Assembly (NCBI RefSeq): GCF_964204645.1
Contig: NC_134034.1
Span: forward strand, 5,864,914-5,928,913
Length of the DNA stretch: 64,000 nucleotides
Source: Tubulanus polymorphus
Lineage: Eukaryota > Animalia > Nemertea
Direction: 5' to 3'
The translations under genes and the position numbers were made by a program. The notes below the pieces were generated by a model. That model ran no database searches. It was not told the DNA's origin and saw only the letters and a program-made list of their open reading frames with translations. Every line of letters starts with the position of its first letter. Position 1 is the stretch's first letter. Positions 25,501-36,686 of this stretch are shown here, in pieces.

Positions 25501-28500
25501 AATTGCAACGCTTTGCTATCACCAGGAAAATCATCCACATAGAAATTTCGCAAGAATTTACAGCGATGCTACTAAAACAATCAATGTTATCACGAGCTGA
25601 TCTTTTTAGAGCGTAATTCGCACAACAAGGCGAGTCTCGAGCACCGAAAATGTGCACCAACATCTTAAAAACCTCTGGAGAACCATATGAGCCATCTGGC
25701 CGCCAAAGGAATCTCAATGATTCAGATTCGCTTTCAGAGGTTCTCACTTGATGAAACATCGCTTGTATGTCCGCAACAAGCGCTGTTTCAAATAAACGAA
25801 ATCTTTGTAAGACACCAAACAAACTATTTAACAGATCAGGGCCTGTCATTAGTAAGTTGTTTAACGAAGAACCCCTGAACTGCGAAGCTGCATCAAACAC
25901 TACCCGAACAAGCCGGGTAAATTTTTTCGAGTTTCGGTGCTCGAGACTCGCAATGGTGAGGAAGATACCAAGTTCTAGGTGTCGAAATAATTTCTTCCTC
26001 AGGAGTCAACTTTCGAGCATACCAGGCGGAAATATAGCCATTAAGTGTATCACAATAGCCATTTTTAATTACAGAATCTTTACACAGGCGGTTTGTTAGC
26101 AAGTCAAATCTTCTCTTAGCTAATGGAAAGTTATTTGGTAAAACACTATTTTCATCTCTCCATAGCATACCTACTTGATAATGATCACCCACAAGTTGGG
26201 TTGTTTCTTCAAGAATTTTAAGAGCTCTTTGATCTTCAACCGATCCAATCTTATCAGGGTAAGTTACACCAAAGGATTCTGTTGACCAAAAGTTCTCAAT
26301 TTGTCGTGAGAGTGAATTTTCATCAACAAGAGAGCATTCCGAAACAATTGAATGGACGTGAACATCGCACAAGTCATTTGACATGTTCCCAAACAAACAC
26401 CACCCTAATCTAGTCCGAATAGCTAAGGGCTGATTTGATGTCCCTTCCCTTACCTCTAATTGTATATGTGCCCTAGGTACATTTGCACCCAAAAGTACTT
26501 TAACCTGACGTGGGAATGTATCAGGAAATCGCAGACCCTCTAAATGTTTCAACTTATGAGGAGAAAATTCATTATATTTCTGAAGTGGACAACTGATATT
26601 ACCAGATGTAGTCCATGCTTGGGACACATGAATGATTTCTGACAAAGGATCATTGCTTCGAACGGTAAAGGAAACACGGCGAGATAACTGTGCATCTCTT
26701 GAGTGAAGTGTGTTGATAGTCAATACTTGTTTTTTACCAGACAACCCTAAATCAATAGCCAGATCTTCACGGATTAATGTCACGTCACTCCCAGAATCCA
26801 GCAGACCATACGTCGATATACGTCTTCCGTTAGCACCCTGAACCACAATCGGCAAAACCTGAAAATACACGTCAGAACAATTACTATCGAGACCAAGAAC
26901 TATATTGCGTTCTATTGCGCTAGGTGCTACACCTTGACTACTACTGGCTTGCGATTCACTATTACAAGTGTCTAGATTCTGAGTTTGATTCCTTTGTTCA
27001 ATATCATTAATTTTGATTTTACGTTTAACATGAAGCAGTGTATGATGTCTCTTGCCACACCCTGGTTCTTTACAGCAAGAAAGAGATTTGCAAGTCGCAA
27101 TGAAATGACCAGGTGACAAACAATTAATACACAAACGTAATCTCTTGACTAGAGCAAATCTTTCATCTACCGATTTATCAATGAAATCTCCACAATTACT
27201 CACAGAATGACTACCTGAACAAATAACACATTCAAATATTTTCCCACCTGACACGCAACTGCTAGACATCTGTTTCGTGGAATTATTCACATTGATTTTC
27301 CGTGATCCTAAAGCATTACTAGAAAAATTATTACGTTTCAATTTCAACCTATTTTGTTGTAATGAAAATGGACCGAAGTCAGCGTCAACACAATCTTTGA
27401 GCCAACTTTCTAGATCAAACAATGTAGGATCTCGTTGTCGAGATATACGTCTAACGAATTCGTTCCATTTTGAACGCTTGTCAATCGGGATACGTTTTAC
27501 AACTTTCTGTAATAAATCACTACTGCCAATTTCAGAAAGATAATTCATTTGTTTTAGAGTAATTAAGCAATCTCTCACACTAATGTAAAAGGAACGTAAT
27601 GATATTGAATCATATGAATTTGTGGGTGGACCGTTCGTAATTGATTCAATATAAGCCTAGCTACGTGTACTCTGTGTCCAAACACAAACTTTAGCTCCTT
27701 AAGGGAGCGTGCATAATTACAACCACTAAACCCAAGACCTTGAATGAGCTCTCTGGCCTCACCTTTCACATGCGACTGCAGAAGGTCTTGACGTCTGGAA
27801 TCTTTGATCCCGGGACGATTATGTACTTGCACATAAAACTGCTCAATGAACCTTGGCCATACAAGTGGTGAACCGTCGAACATCGGGAGACCAACTTTCG
27901 GTAAATCTCTATCAATCTCCATCTTGATAACGGCTTCTTCCAGGGAGGTTGAAGTGAGGTTGATGATTCCACATTTACTATAGTTTCGACTCCTTCGACC
28001 AAATCATCGATCCACGCATCAATGGTCCTAAGCGACGAGTTGTTTACAGCATTCGTCACGACATTCTCTGAAAGATCCTCTGCAACTGGATGCGACACGG
28101 AAGATGTAGACGACGCTTGGAAAATGGGTGCATTCGGATCAAGAGACGAGTCTCTTTTAGCAAAATTGTCTAACCTTTCTAAAGCAACCATAGCTTTATC
28201 GAAATAACACTCCATCCAACGCCCAGCGGTTTCGATTTCTTCTTCATTCTCGAGTACAGACATGAACTTGTCGTGAGCAGTTTGCAGATTTTGCAAACAT
28301 CCAGTGATACGTTGCTTTGCCGGTTCAACAGCCGCCGATATGCGAACTGAATCCGCAGCATCAATAGCACGAGTAAGCCAACCAGCGAGACTTGTACGAG
28401 TGGCTTTCAACGACTTACTTTTACTAGTATTTGAATCTTCGTTATCGGTCATGATGAGCTTTCGAGTAATTCAAACTATAATGTTCTAAATCGACGAAAC

Positions 28501-31500
28501 GAATCCTCGAAAATCTATTGAACACGAAAGCACAGCTACATTTCAAACTCAGCGTGTTTATTTTAGCAACTAACGATGCTGCACTATGCCATATAATGCC
28601 GGTTTGCTACAAATATGAAAATATATATATAAGTAATCAATTCAATTTATGCAAAGAAAACTAACCCACAGCAAATCTAAAAATTCGTTACTTACAATTA
28701 CTGTAGCTCCTCGAGCAAGTTTCTACGAAAATGACCAATGCTCAACTGTGAGATATTCAATATATACTGTATATATAATGTACTAGACTTAGTAACAACA
28801 AAGCATGGAGAGGTTCAATGAAGGGTTACAAATCCTACAGTACTAAAGCTAAACTCGACTACAATAAAATTCTATAGCAGCAAACCGGACTTCAATTTAC
28901 AACACATACTGTCGCATTCCATCTGACTGTGCCCTGATTCTAGAAATTTCTGATTTATTGTCTGAAGTTGTGGATTTTCTCTGAGTGCCAACAGTTAAGA
29001 GCAGGCTACGAATTGGTTCCAGTTTGGACCACCACATGTGTCAGAGTAGTACGTGATTATATCAACCATTCTGTTTGATTGGCATACTGAAGCTGTATTA
29101 CGAAGTAAACATCACAGGGGCTTGTAAACTGGCTTGGATTTTACTTCCGGGTTGTTGATAATCTCGCGAGAATGGCGCTAAATTTAAACTGCAAATAAAT
29201 TCAAAATATCACAGAAATACCTCGTGTTGATGTTGTTTATTTATCCACTATAGAGTTTTGATAAACAATTGGCTGTTAAGGATCAGTATCAGCGGGCGCG
29301 ACACCTTACTATATTAAAATAACAAGGGATGAAACGGCTTCGCTTTTGCCTGTGACCGTATTGATGCGGCGGAAACCACTGCGCATGCGCGGCAACTTTC
29401 CGAAAGGTTAAGATCAGTTCAAGTTCAATTGATTCTTCTCAAAAACCTATGTCAAGCCAAGGCAATCACACTTCTAAGGAAATTATCAATTTTTGAATTG
29501 ATGTAGAAAAACTATAATGTGTAGTTTGATTGACAGCTCACAAGCGCTCGGAAGTTGCTGCGCATGCGCAGTGGTTTCCGCCGCATCAATACGGTCACAG
29601 GCAAAAGCGAAGCCGTTTCATCCCTTGTTATTTTAATATAGTAAGGTGTCGCGCCCGCTGATACTGATCCTTAACAGCCAATTGTTTATCAAAACTCTAT
29701 AGTGGATAAATAAACAACATCAACACGAGGTATTTCTGTGATATTTTGAATTTATTTGCAGTTTAAATTTAGCGCCATTCTCGCGAGATTATCAACAACC
29801 CGGAAGTAAAATCCAAGCCAGTTTACAAGCCCCTGTGTAAACATGTGGCGATTTCATTTGAACCCCTTTTGCCTTGGGTTTCATCCCATAAATGACATAT
29901 GCCTTGGCCATCTCCAAGAGAATTAACACTCAAGTTATATACACAGTTTTCTCGAGTTGTATAGTTCGCCCACCTTAGAACAGGGTGTAGTCAGTACTGC
30001 TCCTAAATCAAAAGTCGCTGTGTATTCCTGTGTATTCTTCAATATGGCCTTCATCTTATCTTTCTCTTTTTCCAAGCGTGCTTCGATTTTCCTCTCTTGA
30101 TGACTGATAAACTTTTTCTCTGTGGCATCATCCAGGCTTCCTGCTTCAGATTTCATTTCATAAAGATGACAAGTGCTGCATTTGTCCCCCTTGGGCTTAA
30201 AGAAAGAAATGTTGAACTCCTCACAGAAAATCTTCCTGTATTTTGACTCTGTAACGTACGTCTCGCTATTCTTTTTGCAGTACTCAACATATAATTTCCA
30301 CATTCTGCTTATGTTGAGGTCACCGGAGATATACACTTTCTTAGTATCTTTCCTGGTATAGTGCGACTCGACCTTGGGGAACATTTCTATGTGTTTTCTT
30401 ACATTATCGATCATCTTTTCACTAATCTTATTGTGGGGAGGCGTCCTTTTATTTTGGTTTGGGACAACAATCTCATGCTGTTTTCTTTTCATTGCTGTTT
30501 CCACTGGCTTGCTGGAAATATCTATTGTATCAAGGAAAAACTTTTTGCAAACCCTATGACGGGTACTACCATTCATGAGATTATATTGGTTGTAAGCTTT
30601 TCTTTTTCCTTTAGAACGAGCTGGTGTTACACTGTCGACCATTGAAGCAATAAAATCCAGTTGCCTGTCATTCGATCCCAAACTGTAAAAGCAGTCAAAA
30701 ATCTCTCGCCTTACCTCATCAGGAATCTGATTATTGCAATTAAATCGACATTTACTACAGTCAGTATTTTTCACAGATTTCTTTTCAACAATTTTGTTTG
30801 TTCGCGAGATGTATTCTTGACCTGACACTTTCAGTCTCTTATTGACATTTCTTCTCCACAGTTCTGGGTCAGCTTTAGTTTTCCTTGCTCGTTTTGTCTT
30901 TTTTGGAGACTGGTACTTAGCTCTTTTATATGGCGTTAGAATCCTGCATTAGTTGCCAGTTGCAGGTCTTGTTCATCATTCTGAAGCGGGTTACCTCCCT
31001 CTTGTGTCACAGTTAGATTATGTATCAACGTCCCCTCCCCTTCATCCATCTGAGCATCAGTCACTAACGAAGGTTTTTGGCCCTCAGTTAGATTATTTAT
31101 CATCGTTCCGTCCTCTTGATCCATTTCGGTATTAGTGACCGGTGATTCTTCTTGCCTCTCAGCTTCATTATTTATCGCTGTACCATCCTCTTGGTCCATT
31201 TGCTCGATTATAGTTTGTTGATTGTTTGAAGGTTCTGTTTGTTTACTCTGGTCTAGCCTGGTTTGTTTTTCATTAATAAAATTTTGATGTTTATATCTTA
31301 TTATACATGTCTGATATATGATGGATTGGTAAGATGTTGGACTTTTTACTGATATAATGCCATAATAATGTTCTTCGCCAGGAACAGCAAGATAAGCTAA
31401 TGGAACTACAGGTATTTCTTTTTCAGTTTTCTGCATATTTGATGGGCATACCTCACATACAGGAGAGAGTACGCTGCTGGAGAATATTTGAATTCTACAA

Positions 31501-33475
31501 TTGAATATATTTGCCACAGCCAATGGGATACAATCTGTGATCTCATTATTCCATATTCCATTTTGTCTGATATTGTGAATATCCTTAACAAGTCCTAGCA
31601 TCTGCCTTTTCTCTGAACCGGTTCTGAATCCAAGATATTTCTTTTTGTTACTAGAAATATGATCACACACATCATTCCTGAACAGATCAATATTGAACTG
31701 ATCGGCCTCATCGCAGGTCTTTAGAAATGATTTAAAGAAACAGTTACCATCGGGATAACTTTCAATTTGTTTCATATCGTTGCTAATTAATAGATTATCC
31801 AATCGTTTTAAGTGATATTTTTTCATCATTTGATTGATTTTCGATTCTTTCTTTGACAGGTCTTTAGCCTTTTTCAGTCGAATGTTGACATCAGTCTCTT
31901 CCAGGACAATGCTGCAATCTGAGTCTGAAATCTCGCTTGGCTGATGATAATCTTCATCATTATTATCATCATCACCATTTGATGATTCATTTTCATATGG
32001 ACGCTTATCCACTCTGATTATCCACTACTCTATTATCCGCTTATCCACTACTCCATTCTGATTCTCAAAACAGAAAATATAATTGGGGTTACATATTTGG
32101 TTTTGTATTATGCAATATTAAGGTCATTAATATTCATAATCTATTTTTTGTTGAGCAAATATAATTAACTTACCATCTTGAATTAAATCTTTGCCACTGT
32201 CATCGTTTCCAGTACAGGATTCGTGATTGATAGAAATAACTGTAGATATCAAAATATCAGAGACGTTGAATTCAGAATCTGAAATTCCATTATCGGACCA
32301 TTCGATCTGTGACAGAAAGCACAAGTTTAGTTTTACATATTAAGAAAGAATCTATTTCTGTAAAAACCACTTTAGAAATCTCATTTAAAAAACCATAAAC
32401 GTATTAATGACAAATTGCCGCATGATCGGAGATTCGTCTGTAGCCTAGGGAATTGGATGGTAATATTGTGCATTGTATTAAGCTAGCCACATTAGGCGAA
32501 ATACAAGCTGTGTCTTTTTACATGGTTCAAATATGTTGCATATATGATAAATGTTAAATTTCTTCAAAGATTATTTTTAACATTAATACAGAATGCTTTG
32601 AATTAACACACAAATTTATCTTAAAATTTATTTAGTGAATCAAAATTCATGATTTTACATTAAAATATCACTAAAATTTCACTCACCTCAGCCATTATGA
32701 GTAAGGAAAATTGAACAGCATCTACTCAGCTTGCAAAATATATACTGCAAAGCCTATACATGTATATAGTTATATTGACCCCATAACAACAGGATTAAGC
32801 AATGAATCTCCTGATACACAAGATGTTAAGTGATAAGAAATTTAGTTATAGCTACACATAAGTTGTATGCACAATAGAGATAAGTGACACTTATAACTCT
32901 GTTGCATAAAACCACATGCACTTAAACCAGTTGTGCAGTAAACAAATGTTTAAAAATCACTTAATCCATTTGTACATAATTAATTTACTAATTAATCAAT
33001 TATTAGATTGGGAATAAAATTTCTCAAAAGAAGCAGGACATACATAGGAAGCTTGTGATACCAATTACTCAATTTGACCAAAAAAATGCACTTATCACCG
33101 TGTCGCACCAAACCCTCGATTTGTTCTTTTTGAGACCTTTGCGCTAACGATTTTATCTCCACTCAATAAATGCAATACTGGATCTAACCCTTCACGAAAC
33201 CATCCAATTGACACCAAATGTAAAAAATGTTTTTTTTTAGAATAATTGATGGATTATATCGAACTTAACATTTATATGGAAAATTAAGGACATTTTTAAT
33301 ATAAACATAGCCAGTTGCTCTCGAATAGTCGAATTACGTAGAATGGAACTTCTTTTAGGTCAAGACTTGTTGAAGTAAGTTTACATTGTTTTCTTGTGTG
33401 AATGTTTCAGCAAAATGTTTTGTCTTTTCAGATTCAAGACAGGTTGTTGTTACCATACAAGGACAGACTCAATGA
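19573..33475 (+). CDS. yjbQ: UPF0047 / YjbQ family protein, spliced host gene (5' exons not securely located)
   Basis: Exons 19573-19607, 19743-19762, 19857-19896, 20223-20264, 20953-21070 and 33432-33475 all have AG/GT borders and consistent phases. They give KHTSASLCLNESYDPDVRTDMEMMLDRLAPENAPYQHTAEGADDMPAHVKNALLGSSVTIPIKNGQLVTGTWQSLWFCEHRRSKHSRQVVVTIQGQTQ*, containing the HTSASL..NE, EG.DDMPAH.K and GTWQ....E motifs of YjbQ. Confidence 0.93.
21886..22383 (-). pseudogene. Sola1 transposase, C-terminal part
   Basis: MHSAIEK..PSQW...KLPISSAKKKDL..LC...IVPEEYH.YF..L; rejoins ECDS at 28910 once the BEL element is removed. Confidence 0.85.
22386..22808 (-). repeat. 3' LTR of the BEL/Pao element
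   Basis: No differences found by eye against 28482-28904. Confidence 0.95.
22960..28452 (-). pseudogene. BEL/Pao gag-pol polyprotein split over six frames
   Basis: ORFs 27766-28452, 27575-27922, 25893-27578, 25499-25900, 24330-25553 and 22960-24414. Confidence 0.93.
28482..28904 (-). repeat. 5' LTR of the BEL/Pao element
   Basis: Gag ATG at 28452 lies 30 bp downstream on the minus strand. Confidence 0.95.
29113..29837. mobile_element. Foldback MITE with ~285-bp TIRs and 7-bp TSD (P/Galileo-like)
   Basis: CACAGGGGCTTGTAAACTGG...CCAGTTTACAAGCCCCTGTG; TAAACAT flanks both ends; removal restores the Sola1 codons EIATCLLR. Confidence 0.9.
29935..30828 (-). pseudogene. Sola1 transposase, N-terminal/central part
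   Basis: 297-aa ORF; continues with stops at 29838-29934, 28910-29112 and 21886-22383. Confidence 0.85.
30936..32012 (-). CDS. OTU-family cysteine protease (deubiquitinase-like) domain ORF inside the Sola1 element
   Basis: PDGNCFF catalytic Cys motif, R..VCDHI helix, G.W....DCIPLAVAN.F.C.I.I, and LAY.....EEHY catalytic His motif; acidic low-complexity flanks. Confidence 0.8.
   Translation of the reverse strand: MDKRPYENESSNGDDDNNDEDYHQPSEISDSDCSIVLEETDVNIRLKKAKDLSKKESKINQMMKKYHLKRLDNLLISNDMKQIESYPDGNCFFKSFLKTCDEADQFNIDLFRNDVCDHISSNKKKYLGFRTGSEKRQMLGLVKDIHNIRQNGIWNNEITDCIPLAVANIFNCRIQIFSSSVLSPVCEVCPSNMQKTEKEIPVVPLAYLAVPGEEHYYGIISVKSPTSYQSIIYQTCIIRYKHQNFINEKQTRLDQSKQTEPSNNQQTIIEQMDQEDGTAINNEAERQEESPVTNTEMDQEDGTMINNLTEGQKPSLVTDAQMDEGEGTLIHNLTVTQEGGNPLQNDEQDLQLATNAGF
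33432..33475 (+). CDS. yjbQ: Terminal coding exon of the YjbQ-family gene
   Basis: ttttcag|AT TCA AGA CAG GTT GTT GTT ACC ATA CAA GGA CAG ACT CAA TGA; joins the phase-1 C of exon 20953-21070. Confidence 0.88.
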
Positions 33476-34054
33476 GCCCATTGATCAGTAGCTTGGTTTT
33501 AATTCAATGTATCTGGTTAAGATATTTTATTTGTAAGACATAATCTTGTTGTTAGAAATATAATTGAAAAGGCTATTTAAATTAGTTTCCAAACTACATG
33601 TAGTGCGTATGACAATATCAATAGAGTCTTGGTTTTGTCTTGTCAATGTCTTTGGCTAAAAACATACAATTTTAACAGTTTTCGACTGACCGAATTTCAT
33701 TAATCAACACCCTGACGAAGTTATGCTGAAACCAAGTACCTATAGGCACCTAGCAATCATTTGGATGATCCCCCTTGCTAATCCACTCGATTCTTATTTA
33801 ATGAACACAACATCCACTGGTGAAGTAACGAGGATTGAAAATTCACAAGATCGTTTCTATGTCGAATGGAAGAACCTAAGAAGGTACACACTTCCTTCTG
33901 GGTGCGATCTCTGTATTCTAGTAGGGAAGGATTATATAATAATGAATTCTCTTCCCATGAAATTATAAGTTCGGCTTCATTATCACTAGCTGACCATACG
34001 AGTAAAATCCCACAATAAATGAATTAAGTGATAAAATGTTAATTAAAATATATA

Positions 34055-34096
34055 AAAAATATTTCGGGTGGTTACTACCACCCTTCTTCAGTCTAA
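34055..34096 (-). ncRNA. Minimal hammerhead ribozyme core in the Penelope pLTR
   Basis: CTGAAGA-A-GGGTGGT(AGTA)ACCACCC-GAAA; stems I and III are weak. Confidence 0.65.
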
Positions 34097-34290
34097 AATG
34101 ACTTGCCGAATACAAACACAGTATTAATACATGAAATATGAAATAAGACACGAATCGCTGCACATTACGTTATGGGGACTAGAGCACTGACATAACTTGA
34201 AAGAAGTTTATTATGGGGGCTGAAACCATTATTGAGTTTGACAGAACGATCTGAATGAGTAGTAATCAAAGCAGATTCATCTATATGTCG

Positions 34291-36140
34291 TTAAGTGTGA
34301 CTACTGTTGGGAAAAATAATATTGGCTCCAGAAAAATCAAAATTGTGTGCGGTAACCAAAGAATGAGAGACTACCCCGCTTTCCAATTTAACCCCATGGA
34401 ATACATCTTGTTTATGTTCTTTAATACGTTCCTTAATATTCCTACTAGTTTCCCCAATGTAAAAATGGTTACAATCAGAACAGTTAATTTTATAAACTCC
34501 ACAATGGACATTAGGGCTCAGATTGTTATTGGAGCAAAAATTAGAAATTTTGTTATTATACTTGAAAAATGAATCGGTATTTAAATGACGAAGAGCCGGT
34601 TTGAATTTGTCAAGGCAAGGGACAAAGGGAACTATAATTTTGTTTTTTGGTTTAGACGAGTCAATAGGATTACGGGGTTGAGCAGGAAAGAAAAATACTT
34701 TTTTGGCTTTGTGAAGGGCTTTCACTAAAATCTTGTCCGGGTATGCAAGTTTTTTAAAACTGGATTGAATATGCAAAATCTCATGATCTAAAAAGTTTTA
34801 TCACAAATCCTATAAGCCCAAAGGAAAAAACCTTGAACAACGGCCACTTTAAGGTAAGTGAATGAGAAGAAATGTAGGTAGGATCACAGTTAGTAGGTTT
34901 ACGAAAAACAGAGAAACCTAATCTCGAATAAAAATTATGTATGAGAACATCCAGAAAGGGCATTTTTCCGTCAATTTCCCACGCAAAGGTGAACTTCAAG
35001 GAAGGATAAAGGGAATTAAGATATGTCGAGAAAGATTCGAGGTTAAAATCAGTTGATACTAAACATAAAATGTCATCAACATACCTGAGCCATAGAAGAG
35101 GCGCAAACCCAGTGTATAGGGGTAAAATTTCCGATTCAATATGTTTTAAGAAGAGGTTAGCTAAAATCGGTGAGAGGGGTTGCCCATAGCAAAACCATAA
35201 ATTTGCTCAAAGAAAATGCCATCGAATTGAAAATAGGCTCTTCTATCACATAATTCGAAAAGGTCAATGAGACAGGAAAATTCAAATTTAAGGATGGAAG
35301 TTTACGTTTAATGAAATCTAACGTTGGTTCCAGAGGGATGTTGGTGAATAGAGAGACTGCATCAAAAGAGATGAACTTGTTACCCTTGGGGGTAATGTGA
35401 CGTAATCTTTGTAATAAATCCATATTATGTTTGATATGAGAACCAGAGAATGACCCAAGTAAGGGAGAAAGCATTTTGGCAATAGATTTAGAAAGATAAT
35501 AAGAGGGAGAGCCTCTGCTTGAAATTATAGGGCGTAAAGGGACATGACGTTTATGAATCTTGGGGAGGCCGTAAGCATAGGGTAAACTGGGTAATCGGCT
35601 GGTAAATTTCATAATGAATTTCTTATCAGTAGGATGTTTCTTAGACAGGTTTTCTAAATCTTTGTTAAAATGTTTTTGCCAATCTTTTAAAGGATCTCGT
35701 TTGAGCTTCTTATAAGTATTAGAGTCAGATAAGATATCATTCATTTTACTTATATAATCAGTCGAATCAAGGATAACTATTTTACAACCTTTGTCAGCTT
35801 TAGAAATTTGTAGTTCTTTAAAGGATTTAAGTTCTGAAAGCGCGATCATAAAACATTTGGGAAAGAATTCACGTTGCACACGAGTCAAATTGTCAAAAAT
35901 CTGGGAAATGTTCATAAAAACGAAGTTGTATTCAAAACTCCCTGAGCGTGATTGTTCAAGTGATTCCATAAAATCAATGATGTGTTTCTTGTTGTGTGGT
36001 AACGAGATATTTAGTCCAAGTCCGAGTACTTGAAGGTGAGAGTCTGAAAGTTTTTTAGACGATAGGTGGACCACATTATCCTGGTTGCAATATTTAGTCC
36101 ATGGGCTGTTGGTGATAAGTCTGTGAAGTTTAAAATCCAA
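34291..36140 (-). pseudogene. Penelope RT-GIY-YIG ORF, frameshifted
   Basis: ORFs 35157-36140, 34781-34999 and 34291-34776. Confidence 0.9.
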
Positions 36141-36415
36141 TTCGGTAGATTTCCTCCTCCTGTGAAAATCGCAAAAGTTTTTAACACCGGATCTAAGTCT
36201 GTTCCATAAATATAAATCAGGTATTATACGACTTATCGCGGCGCGTTTATAACCTTGCTTCAGTCGTTATCATCTGAAACCTTTGACAGGTTTGGAAAGT
36301 CCAGAGAGACAAGTTGAGTTACTCTAAATTGCGTATCGTAATTTATTTCCAACTTGGAACTCCAAGCGGTGTATGCTTGCTTGTAGCTAAGACAAGACAA
36401 AACTAACTAACTAAA

Positions 36416-36686
36416 TGTTACATTTTCGGCTATATATATATATATGTACAAGATTAATTGAGGAGTGCAAAACTAACAATGGTTGTCGGGTGACGAGACA
36501 TAACATGTTTTTCATAGGTGCGACAGATAGAACAGTTTGAGCAGGACAGAGACATAGCAAGACAAAGACAAGGAATGAGGTGCGACAGACAGATAAATGA
36601 CAGGCTAATTAATAATTCACAGGCAACATGTAGCAACAAACTGTACACAAAGAAAATATGAAATTTACACTATAATATTCCCCTTT
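36416..36686 (-). repeat. Probable single LTR with polypurine tract
   Basis: TGTTACA...TATAATA bounded segment; AAAGGGGAA precedes it on the minus strand (36678-36686); no partner LTR in the window. Confidence 0.4.

Larger units (their letters stand above)
22386..28904 (-). mobile_element. BEL/Pao LTR retrotransposon, full length, coding-defective
   Basis: Two 423-bp TG..CA LTRs; 5-bp TSD CATAC at 22381-22385 and 28905-28909. Gag DUF1759-like FDGSPL.W..F, three zinc knuckles, protease LLDSGS, RT WYLPHH/VFDAA/YVDD, Pao RNase H LHLFSDASERA, integrase GVDYFGP/SDNGSNF/GGVWERLV. Confidence 0.97.
21357..33118 (-). mobile_element. Sola1 DNA transposon (about 4.5 kb without nested insertions)
   Basis: TIRs CGAGGGTTTGGTGCAACATGGTGATAAGTGC / GCACTTATCACCGTGTCGCACCAAACCCTCG; 4-bp AWWT TSD ATTT at 21353-21356 and 33119-33122. 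Transposase motifs: HIEMFPKVESHY, FFKPKGDKCSTC, FDLGAVLTTP..Y..RKL, YSDTCGG, KFLESGHSQMECDSMHSAIEK. Confidence 0.88.

Noticed and set aside
33710-33735. Third hammerhead-like CTGACGA..GAAA
   Set aside because: Only a 2-bp stem II and no stem I/III pairing.
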